From assembly GCF_018350175.1 (NCBI RefSeq), contig NC_058368.1, positions 121,522,001 through 121,586,000 on the forward strand: a stretch of 64,000 bases of DNA, given 5' to 3'. The translations under genes were made by a program, and so were the position numbers. Of this stretch, positions 24,329 to 35,420 are shown one piece after another. This DNA is from Felis catus. Its lineage: Eukaryota. The notes under the pieces are model-generated. The model was not told the origin of the DNA and ran no database searches. It saw nothing but the letters and a program-made list of their open reading frames with translations. How positions within the stretch are numbered: the stretch's first letter is position 1; each line of letters begins with the position of its first letter.

Positions 24329-24545
24329 GGGGCGCCTGGGTGGCTCAGTTGGTTAAGGGTCCAACTTCGGCTCAAGTCCTGATCTCATGGCTTGTGAGTT
24401 CAAGCCCCGTGTTGGGCTCTGTGCTGACAGCTCAGAGCCTGGAGCCTGCTTCAGATTCTGTGTCTCCCTCGCTTTCTGCCCCTCCTCACTCGTGCTCTGT
24501 CTCTCTGTCTTAAAAATAAATAAAACATTGAAAAAAAATTTTTTT
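24329..24545 (+). mobile_element. Can-SINE just upstream of the last RBM27 exon
   Basis: TSD aagtattttactta at 24315-24328 and 24546-24559. Confidence 0.95.
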
Positions 24546-24603
24546 AAGTATTTTACTTAACTTTCTTATACCACTAAGCAGATTTTACTCTCTCTTTCCT
24601 CAG

Positions 24604-24687
24604 GAAACGGAAACCTCAGATTTGTTTTTGCATGATGATGATGATGAGGATGAAGATGAATATGAGTCTCGTTCGTGGCGAAGATGA
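24604..24687 (+). CDS. RBM27: RBM27 terminal coding exon, 27 codons + TGA
   Basis: ctctctttcctcag| acceptor; ETETSDLFLHDDDDEDEDEYESRSWRR*. The acidic tail and SWRR end are characteristic of RBM26/27. Confidence 0.96.
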   Translation, partial: ETETSDLFLHDDDDEDEDEYESRSWRR

Positions 24688-27600
24688 AATCTGATTCGAG
24701 CTGTATAATTTTTAGGAATATTGTTTAGAAAAGAACAACTTTTTAAAATTATTTAAAGAAGTCAATGAGCCAAAAATTTTTTTTATTTTTCTTTTCAACA
24801 CAGTAGGTTTAAGGACAGCAAGTTTGCTATTTAAACACATCTCATAACTGTTCATGATATTAAAGCACCAAAGGCCTAGTGACTTTTACACAGTTGTGAA
24901 GATCCACAGGGATGATACGGATAATCTCTAGAGCCTTATTTTCCACACCACCTGTTTTGTTGCTATTGGTGTTGGATTATGATGTAAATGACAGGGTGTT
25001 CAGAAATTTTATTTTGGATTATAATCTGCTGATAAAATTTCATTAAATGTCAAAATCGCCTGGAATCTCTTAACTCTCAGCTGTTATGGATGGGTCGTCA
25101 GACAGAAGGAGATATTTGTAATGAAAATACCCTTTTGCTTTCAAGAGTTGTCTTGGAAGAAAAGTAGATTTATTTTAATTTTTTTACTATGGAGGAGCCC
25201 AGTTTGTATTCATTCTAAATTTGGGGGGTGGGGGGTGTTGGTGTTCAGTACAAGTACTATTTTAGCGTAAATCATAACAAACTCTGTATTCTTAAATGCT
25301 GTAAGGCAACAGTAGCTAGTTTCATGGTATTTTCATTCTGTCGTCATTAATTCTCCTGGACTCATGCTGCTGATCCTTAGTTTGCTTTGAAATTAGTGAG
25401 AATGGGTTCAGTTGGTCCTTTTAAAAAATATTCCCAGAGTGTAAAAGTCTTTAATCTGTTGCCCATTTCTTGTCCCCATTTTCTTTTTCTTGCCTTCTTA
25501 TTAATAGGCCTGACTTACCCACTGTTGAGATAAGTGATTCTTTTGGGCCACCAAAAAGTCAGTCCCCAATAAAAAGTTTAAACCAGCACCTTGATAAATA
25601 AGTGATGTTTCGATGAGAATAATGGAAGGATTTGCGGGGGGTGGGGGGGGGGTGGGGGGAGAGTCACCAGCTTTTCCTTTTTCGTTTTTGAAGCTTCAGT
25701 TTAGTTAGTAGTTACAAAAGAGGGTTACAAAGTGTCTGAAATTCTTTTCCTAAATTTAAACTATGATGGTGAGGTGACTGGGGATAGGGTGGGGGTGGGG
25801 TGGGGTAGGGTGATGGGTATGCTAGTAATAAATGGGAGTCATAACTTGACTTTGATCAGATGACTTTATATTTTCATAATTTTGTAGCTTGTTGCTATCC
25901 ATGAACATATGCATCCTTCAATAGACAGTTTCCTTCACTGTGTGCATTTTTACTGTACACTGTATAGAGTAGATTATCTGTTAAGTAAAATATATATGTA
26001 AATTTATGTCCTTGTGTTCTGAATGTTAGATGGAAAAGCAGAGGAGCAACACTACACTGTATTGACCCCTGGGAAAATAAAGTGATTAATGTACATAGGA
26101 TGTCACTTTTTCAAGGATATGCACATCTATGTTTTTATATATGTGTGGTGTGAAAATTTGAAACTTCCTGTTGGCTTCAGAAGGTTCTTGGTGATCACTA
26201 TATCAAGGATATTGTATCCTGAGGTAAAGGCTGTTTCTCAAAATAGAAACTATTCACTAAGAAACCTAAAACCATCAGGATTCTAGATTTACTTAGCTCT
26301 AAGAAGTTAAATCCCACGTTCTGATTACCTTTTCTCTTCTCCGTATTTTCCTGGAATGATGTATCAAACCAGGATCATTTTTAAGTTCATGTAATTTTCC
26401 CTTCACTATAATAAGGACCTCCTTTTTCTAGGTTGTTATTATATTTTCTGATAACACTGAAGCTAAAAAATAAGCTTATAAAAGAAGGAAAACCTTACAA
26501 TGGGGTACCTAGAATAAGCAATCTTGCTCCTTCCTCCTCCATCATCTCTAATGAAATTTTGATGTCTGTGGCTCAGTCGGTATATATTTTGAAAGATTCA
26601 TTGTGGTGAATATTTTGAGTCCTGACAGTTTAAACGTGATAGAGGGAACAAAGGATTTATATATTTTTTGTACAAAGTTTTTTCTTAAACTGTATAATTT
26701 TGTAAATAATTTGTTTGGTTTTTTTGTGTACTAAAACTACCAGCGTATAGATTTCAATAAGAATTGTTGTATTTTTGTATTTGGAAACTGAAAATTACAG
26801 TAAATTAATGGAGCTGTAAGAAAATTTTCAGTAGACTGACAGTTCAGCAGAATGAGATTCCTTTTCATATGATTTTTTAACTTCAGAATTGACATCGTAT
26901 TATAATACTCTCGGTGTAGAGAGAGTTGGAGATTGATTTGACTTTTTTTAGTTACTGGGGGAGAGGGGATGAAAGAGAAGGGCATTCAAGTAAAGAATAG
27001 GCAGACCCTTGTTCCAGGGAGATTGGAGGCCCTTCTATAAAAGGTAGTTTTCAGATACACCTTAAAATAGGACTGATATACTTTTTAAATGTCCTACGAA
27101 TTCTAAAACATGTCTGACTCTCCAAAATGAATTCAAAATATGGGTAAAATATAATATTGGGAAATTTAGTTAAGGTCAGCATAAAATAGTTGAGTGTATT
27201 TTTTTCCTTTAGGAGTTCTTACCTCCACCTTCAAATCCCCAAGCATTAGAATTGCCCTAAAAAGTAAGTTACTACCATGACTTGTTTTCTTGGCATCTTC
27301 ACTTACAGAAACAACATACAGCATCTGAGGCAAATTTTGTCCTGTTTAATGTGGATGCCATCTAAGTAGCTGAAGAGCGGTAACAGCCACCAGTCTGGCT
27401 GGGTTAGCCTGGTTTACTAGTGGATTGCTGCCCAGGCTTAAAAAGGTGACCCTAGGGAAGGCAGAATTTCCCTCAATTTCTTCATGTTGTAACATTGGGA
27501 AAACACTGTCAGCAGCTAAGATGATAAATTGGGCAACAGTCTTGCTATAGGTAGGTCCATGGTGATGGATCATTATTTGAAAAAGAAAAAAATCATGTGA

Positions 27601-27820
27601 AAAGGAATAGTGGTTCCTCTTGATGTATAGTATGCCTGTATTATAGTTTTTACAAAATTGTGAACTTGTGTAATAGTATAATAGGAGATATTGTTGAATT
27701 TCTAACTGTTTATACATTTAAATTCATATATGTAATGTTTGTTTTATCAATTACAATCTGAATTTCTAAGAAGCATGTTGACTTTTGCAATAAAGATGCA
27801 ATATGGAATGGTTCACAATT
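24688..27820 (+). other. RBM27: RBM27 3'UTR (3' end approximate)
   Basis: About 3.1 kb after the stop, AU-rich, with no recognisable interspersed repeats, many TGTA motifs, and AATAAA at 27789. Confidence 0.75.
27789..27794 (+). terminator. Probable main polyadenylation signal AATAAA
   Basis: Canonical hexamer preceded by U-rich sequence and several TGTA elements (27624-27735). Confidence 0.65.
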
Positions 27821-29794
27821 GGAAAAAAAAAGAAAAAAGATAAAAGTATTACAAATTCAAAATAATTTGGAAAATTTATGAACCATTCCAAAAATTCTAA
27901 CAATCACCAAAAGAGCTGTAATTCTGGCTTGTTCTGGAAAGAAAGAAAATGTGTGTGTATGCTTGCTTGTATGTGAGAATGAGTGGGCAGTGGATATGCA
28001 TGTGTTTCATGTTGGGTTCATGTACATGAGAGAATGCACTCAATATGAATTTGGGTACTGAAGTCACTGGGTATTAAATATTCAGGAGAATATTTCATGA
28101 ACAGGGTGGTCTTAAAAATGAATGAGAAGGGTATTGAAGTGTTAGTCGTAAATAACCTTGGAAAGCCCTGTTCCTTTGTTCATGGATGGGTCTTGGTATT
28201 TCAGATAACAAAGCACAAACAATGTTATGAAAACAATTATTTTAATGTTAGCTTGAGATGATTGAGTATGCCTGCCAGTGATGAGGAAGGACATTTTCTT
28301 TAAGTGGAGTACAGAGAAGGGAAAGAACACCTTGAAGAGGTGACCTAAAGATCGGTCAGCTCTAACTGTGATGAATGCTTGTAAGGAATAACAGGAGAGG
28401 GAAGTGACATTACACACCACGTCCTGGATGGTGACGAGAAAGAGAGCTGTATCACTTGGGCTTATTTTCTCATTTTAAAAATCGCTTTTCTTCTGAATTC
28501 CCCTTCAAATGATTAAGCATTGTCTAAGAAGAGTCATTCTTTAGTTCTCAACTTGTACAGGAAAATACTAAAGAATGGGAACATTTTGTTTTCATTCTCT
28601 TCAAATACACTTTATCTGTATTTTATGAATTAGGTAAAGTGAGGTCTGTGTGACCATTTGTTTCATTTAACCTACATTATGTTTATATTAAACATTAGTT
28701 CTGGGACGTTTGGAATAGCCAGCATACTTCTAAACATAATTCTGCTTAATGGTGGCAAATCAAATCTTGTGCTCAAGTGGAACTCTCAACAGAAATTACT
28801 GGTTTCATGCGATGTTTTTTACTGATTTTGATGTTAATTTCCTAAAGCCAAGGATACATTTTTGCATCATGAGTCCAGTGTAGTATCTAGTCTGGATCTA
28901 ATAGTGTTACTGTAAACACAAGTTGTGAGTGTGTATGTCAGCATGTGGGATCACTTTAGATGAGTCAGGATTGCTGTAGACACGTGAGCCAACGTCTGGC
29001 AGGGCACTTTTTTTCAATTGTGGTCTCAAAGATCTATTTGAGGGACTAACAAAGAGTTAAAAAAAAAGACTACACTGCTATTGCTTGTATTTCGAATCAC
29101 CATTTATGCTTTATAAATTGATCTTATTGCCAAGTGATCTCATTTCTACCAGATCATCTACCATTTGGCCTCTTAACCTGGTTCTGCATTCGACCTTAGG
29201 TTAACTAAACCATCCCAGCATTCTGATACAGGCAACTTGATACAGTTGAAATTAAGGTCAGAATAGTGTTGGATGATTGTTTGCCAAGGTATTTGTAGTT
29301 TGAGTCTACTCTTTCCTTGGGCTTCTGCAAACTTGTTTTTGTTTTGTTTTGTTTTGTTTTTTTGGTAGTGGTGGTGATTAAGCATGAGAAAACATTGCTG
29401 TAACTTTTGTTATCTTTATGATAGAGGAGCAAGGGAAGAAAGCCCTAATCTAATAGCCTATTAGCTAATTTCCAATGAAAATCAGCTGGGGTTTCCCACA
29501 TCACCTCAGGTTTCTAACCCCTTCATAAAGTTCTAAAGTTCTACTTTGGTATACAGATCTCTTCTTAAGAGTTACTAGTACTTGGTATTTCAGAATTGTT
29601 CTTTACTCAATCCTTTGTTGGGGAATGGAGTTGTGAAAAGCCTTTCAGGGACCCTAGCCATCTTCCTGTTGATTTTCTTAACATTGCTTTGTAAAAACTT
29701 CATAAAAGTGAATGGTGAACATTCCTTGTGATTTCATCTCTTAGTTTGCCCTCAGACAGCTGTTATTGTGAAATATGGATAATGTCTCCTCTAA

Positions 29795-29996
29795 TTTTAA
29801 ATATTTTTTTAAAGTTCATTTTTTAAAATTTATTTTGAGAGACTGTAAACAGGGGAAGTGGGGGAGAGAATCCCAAGCAGGCTCTGCCCTCTCAGCGTGT
29901 AACCCGATGCCGGACTCAATCTCATAAACCGTGAGATCATGACCTGAGCTGGAATCGAGAGCCAGACGCCTAACTGACTGAGCCACTTAGGTGCCC
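29795..29996 (-). mobile_element. Can-SINE
   Basis: Reverse SINE; flanks aattttaaat. Confidence 0.88.
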
Positions 29997-30344
29997 TTCC
30001 AATTTTAAATTAGATGCTAAGAGCTAATACAGACCTTGCTAAATTCATTTGGTTTCTTGAGGATTTGGCTTCAAGGATGAAGCTGCACACGTGTTCAGTT
30101 TACGTCTTTTGGATCAAACACTGCCTATCTATGTGTTCCTGTGCAAGCTATTGAGTTGTAGTTTCTGAACCACCCTGCAACAGAAAGATGATTTATTTAC
30201 TGCAGGGTTGAAGTTTTAAACATGTAGAGCCTGTAGGGGGCTCCAGAAGGCAAAATTTAGTTGGCCTTAGAGCAGTGACTAAATCTTTCACAGCAACTCA
30301 CAGTGAAAAACACATTTTGAATTGTGACCCAGGCACATTGTGAT

Positions 30345-30361
30345 GCGCGCGCGCGCGCGCG

Positions 30362-30408
<47 letters not shown>

Positions 30409-30412
30409 GCAC
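30345..30412. repeat. Compound microsatellite (GC)13(AC)17
   Basis: Directly visible. Confidence 0.97.
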
Positions 30413-31659
30413 ATATTAGAAAAAAGGTTAGCAACAATATGTACCTTTACTACCCAGTATGACCTGATACTTTTTATTACAAATTCTTGTCAGGACCCAG
30501 TATTTGGCTTTCAGAACTGCAGTTTGGAAAACAAGCCTTTTGAATTGCAGGGGGAATTGCATTTTTAAACCACTCTCTCCCTTGCTATCACATCATCACT
30601 ACTATTTTGAGATTAAATGGTATCAATTTTATCTTCTGTGTTTTGCTTGGAAAAGTAAGTAGTCTGGAATGTGAAGTTGACCATTAGCCTAAAAATAAAG
30701 GTGGAAGGAATGTATGCATCAACATCTTTATTGATGAGTGAATGCTCTTGAACATGAAGGTGTTTTATAATTTTCAATTTTTTAAAATAGACAACTGTGA
30801 GCAACTTCTTAAACATACCTGCAGTGTTTTATATTTTTGTTATTATTTCTCCTGGGAAGGGAGTGGAATACTGTTGTACTGGTGCTACTTTTTACAAAAT
30901 TCAAGTCACTTTGCAGACATTTATTTTTTAAAAAGTGGGCTGGGGGAGGCCCTGCCTGTGAAGTCCATACAACTGCAACTACTTAGTGTCTGTGAATCAA
31001 TAAAAATTATTTGACTTTGGATTTTGTTTTGCATTTAGAGTTTGCCTTAGCTATTAAGCATTCAAAACAATCGAGTATGCTATCTCTGTGAGAACACTGT
31101 ATGAAGTCTGACATTGCGCCATTGAATTTTACCCTTTCAAACACATTGCCCTCTAGGTTTGTAACAGATGTTGATAAACCCCTGTAAAAAAAGTTACTAC
31201 CGAATCCTTGCCACTTTTCTTAATTCTGGGCAAGTGTGTCATTTGTATCTTTACATGCCTGAGCTTTTTCATTTCCTAAAATGTAAAGAGAAAGACTGGA
31301 AGCATGTGGATGAGACTTGCCATATTTTCAGAAAGCCCCAGAAGAAAACCCATTAAGTCTGCAAAGTAAAAGGGTACTAATCATGCAAGTATAAGCTATT
31401 GGTACATTTCAGTATTCTTATTCTCTCGTCTCTCTGTACATCCCTTGTGGGAGTCCTTAAGCAATAAAGTGTGGCTTCCTGTGATGCCAATAGTCCCAAG
31501 TAAATATTTTCAGTTAAACTGGTTGATCATTTCAAACTGTTCACTTTTTAAACATAATATCCGGCAAATATTGAATGCAGGGTGTGTACCGGGTAACGGG
31601 AAGTTTGCCTGCATTCTGTGCTTGTGGCTGCCCTTTGAAGAGAGTACTCTAACCTCCTC

Positions 31660-31785
31660 TGTTCACCTGTGAGAACTGAGTTTTGGAGTGGTCAAGTGGC
31701 TTCCTGGAGGTCACACAGCCTTTAGTGGTGGGATCAGGATTTGAACACGGGTCGGCCTCCAGAGCTGACATCCTTAACCTCTGTG
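31660..31785 (-). mobile_element. MIR
   Basis: gagaactgag...aagtggcttcctggaggtcacacagc...caggatttgaacac. Confidence 0.7.
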
Positions 31786-33164
31786 CTCTGCTGCTTCTAA
31801 TAAAATGGAATATTGCAAGTCTGTAGAATGTCACTGGCCTTTTTTATCAGTGTCTGTCAAACACTGCCATTCTGGCTCCATCTAGCTCATCTGCCTTGGA
31901 TTGGAACCAAGCTCCCTTGGGGAGCAACACTGTGTTTTTAGGTAGCATATTGGAAACCATGGAGAACAGTGTTTATATATGCTAATTTGTGGGGAAACAT
32001 TTTAAAGTAATTTTCTGTGACCTCCATGATGTACAGCCAGCCAATTTGATACATTTCACACTAATTTGGCTATTTCATAACCTATGTTTATTTTATTTTC
32101 AATTTTATCTTAAATATTTTCCCCATGGCAAACTGAATTATGATAATCTTGTAGTATTTCTACCTTGCCTCTTTGTGTTTTTCAATATTTCTGGTGCCTT
32201 CTTCCTTTTAACCTTGGCATTAAAAAAATCATGTTGTACATAAATAAGTTTACATGCTTTAATTTAATGATGTTTTCATATAGTATACTGAATTTTCTAG
32301 GCAAAAAGTGCTGAGAATAGCAGTGTTCGTTTACAGTTATGTTTATGCCATAGTTTTTTTTTTTTCAAGAATATATTCTCAGTGAATAAAACTGATGTTC
32401 ATGTCTTTGTTCTATTGTTCATAGAATTATTTGATTTTTTACATGTTTGGATTTCTTATTTTAGTAATGTCTTTCTAGATCCTTGGGGAATTTCTGATTT
32501 TAGCTCTTTTGGCAACTATGAAATGTTTATTGACTACTAATGGCATGGTGATAATTGTCACCTGCAGGAAAACACAAATGTGCGCGCATGCACACACACA
32601 CACACACCCCAGATGTAAGCACCGTTGGGAGAAAAGGGAATTTTTTTTTCCCTTTGGCAGCCCATGAGAAAACTAGGCACGTTCTCATAGATATAACAGA
32701 AAAAGTTTTTCATTCTTGACAAATATTCCATGGTCACACAATGCATATGTGCTGTTTTTAAAGCATCATCAGCATATTTTGCTTTGAAATATATAAAGAT
32801 GGGCAAAAATTTTATACACAGAACCTAATTTCTTAGAACTATGATTTTTTTACTTATTGAAAATTTTCTACCAATAACTTTAAAGCACTTCTTTCCCTGT
32901 GATTTATTTAAATCCTAATAAATTATACATTTCTGCACTTTAGCCACTCATGTGAGAATTATTTGGAGTACTCTTAATAGAATGGTGCTGTGTGGTCTCC
33001 TGAGGCCCCAAATATGTCAGAGAAGTTTGATCCACTCTTAGTTTTATATTTTTGGTGACTATCCTTGATAAATGAGATAAAGCTAAAGAGAAGGCTTTAA
33101 AGATTGAAAAGTATATGATTAAAATCTACTAGAAGCAAGGACTTGCTTATGCAAGGACTCTTTT

Positions 33165-33472
33165 TAATTAGATTCCTTAGTGCCCCTTACCCATTTAGCC
33201 CATCCCCCCTCCCACAACTCCTCCAGTAAACCCTCAGTTTGTTCTCCATATTTATGAGTCTGTTCTGTTTTGTCCCCCTCCCTGTTTTTGTATTATTTTT
33301 GTTTCCCTTCCCTTATGTTCATCTGTTTTGTCTCTTAAAGTCCTCATATGAGTGAAGTCATATGATTTTGGTCTTTCTCTGACTAATTTCACTTAGCATA
33401 ATACCCTCCAGTTCCATCCATGTAGTTGCAAATGGCAAGATTTCATTCTTTTTGATTGCCGAGTCATACTCC

Positions 33473-33528
<56 letters not shown>

Positions 33529-33767
33529 ACATCTTCTTTATCCATTCATCCATCAATGGACATTTGGGCTCTTTCCATACTTTGGCTATTGTGGATAGTG
33601 CTGCTTTAAACATGAGTGTGAATGTGTCCCTTCGAAACAGCACACCTGTATCCCATGGATAAATGCCTAGTAGTGCAATTGCTGGGTCGTAGGGTAGTTC
33701 TATTTTTAGTTTTTTTGAGGAAACTCCATACTGTTTTCCAGAGTGGCTGCACCAGCTTGCATTCCCG
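33165..33767 (-). mobile_element. Carnivore L1 3' end fragment containing a (TA)n expansion (~33475-33526)
   Basis: L1 3'UTR motifs ctgactaatttcacttagcataataccctccagttccatccatg..., ccatactgttttccagagtggctgcacc. Confidence 0.92.
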
Positions 33768-34155
33768 TATGTAACAACTCTTTATGGCAAGCTTCTATGC
33801 TAAGCTCTTAATATTTTTCAAAGCTACCTGAGTTGTGGACACATCAATTTTTCAGAAATGGCCATATCTAGAAAAAAACCCTAACAGGTACATTATGACA
33901 CATTCAGAAGACTCTGAACGTTGTCTGCAAACAAAGCACAGAGCATATTTTGCATCTCCTGTCTTGCAGCCCAGGAGGATTGTGTTTTCATTCATTTTGG
34001 TTTCAGTGATCGTCACTGGCAGGGGTTTTCTACTTCATAGACCTTGGGTGGCAGAACTGGTTACAGTAGATGGTTTCATTTGTTTTCTTCTTTCTTTGTG
34101 GACTTCATGAGTCAGACTCCCAAGAAAATTTGCACACTTAAAGTAGGAGAAGAGT

Positions 34156-34275
34156 GGGGTGTCTGGGTGGCTCAGCCACTTGAGCGTCCAATTCTTAATT
34201 TCAGCTTAGGTCATGATTCCAGGGTCATGGGATTGAGCCCTGAGTCGGGCTCCACACTGAGTGTGGAGTCTGCTT

Positions 34276-34322
<47 letters not shown>

Positions 34323-34353
34323 TACCCTGCTCATGCCCTCTCTCTAAAATAAA
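34156..34353 (+). mobile_element. Can-SINE with (CT)n
   Basis: ggggtgtctgggtggctcag head; tail-to-tail with the next SINE. Confidence 0.9.
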
Positions 34354-34385
34354 AGGAGAGATGTACAAGTTCGATTCTTGTTGAC

Positions 34386-34563
34386 ATTTAGTTTTATTTA
34401 TTTATTTATTTATTTTGAGAGAGGGAGGGAGAGACAGAATCCCAAGCAGCCTCTGCACTGTCGGTGCAGAGCCCGACACGGGGCTTGGGCTCAGGAGCAG
34501 TGATATCGTGACCTGAGCTGAAATCAACAGTTGGGCACTTTACAGACAGCCACTCTGGCACCC
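34386..34563 (-). mobile_element. Can-SINE
   Basis: Reverse SINE. Confidence 0.88.
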
Positions 34564-34937
34564 TGATTCTCTTCAACATGTCAATTGGGGCTCCTTGATC
34601 ATTCTGGCCCAGAAACATGATGCAGTTTTGTGTGTGTGCCATAAATAAGAAATTCAGAAAACATGTTTGATCAGACAGGGTGAATATTCTGCACACAGAA
34701 GCCCTATAGTAACTGTTGAGTAAACAATTAGGAGAACTAGAAGAGATAATAACAATCTATTATCTGTACTCTTTAGTTGGTTCATTTTCATTTCGCTTCA
34801 CCACAATTTTAATGGTGTTAAGAACTGATTATAAATTTGGAAAAGGAATTGTGAAGACTATTGTTACCTCCCAGTATATTTCCTGTGAATTATTATTTTT
34901 TTAATTTAAATACTGGTTTCTTTAAGCATGGTACCAT

Positions 34938-35066
34938 TTTTTAAAAGATTTTTAAATTTTTAAAGATTTTATTTTTAAGTTATATCTACACCCAATATGG
35001 GGCTCAAACATACAGCCCCAAGATCAGGAGTTGGACACCGCATAAACTGAGCCAGCCAGGTGCCCC
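34938..35066 (-). mobile_element. Short-type Can-SINE
   Basis: aagattttatttttaagt..atctacacccaa...gagccagccaggtgcccc. Confidence 0.85.
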
Positions 35067-35239
35067 TCATATAGTGCTTTTAATGTCAGTGTTCCCTGTG
35101 TGAAGAGACATGACAAGCAGAGCTCTGAGGACCCACAGGTCCTCTCCCACAACTGGAGCATTCCTCGCCATAGGGTGGGCAAGAGAGCCCCAGCCTTAGG
35201 TCAAAATAATACTAGCTGTCGTTTCAAGGCTCCTAACGT

Positions 35240-35420
35240 GACTTGCTATGTGGCATGTTTTCAAACATTCTCATTTAGTCCTTTCAATAACGTGGTAAAA
35301 TATACTATGATTTTTCTCTGTGTGTGCAAGGGAAAAGTGAGCCACAGACAGGCTGTGTCACCCAGAGTCTCAAAGCAAAGTTAAGATTTAAAGTCACGTT
35401 ATAACTGACTTCACAGTAAG
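35240..35420 (-). mobile_element. MIR relic
   Basis: ctcatttagtcct...gggaaaagtgag..acagacagg...aagatttaaa...tgacttca. Confidence 0.55.

Noticed and set aside
24860..25960. Single miRNA seed matches in the 3'UTR (ACCAAAG 24867, CACCAGC 25665, CACTGTG 25936, TACTGTA 25951)
   Set aside because: Isolated 7-mers are expected by chance in 3 kb; they need conservation data.
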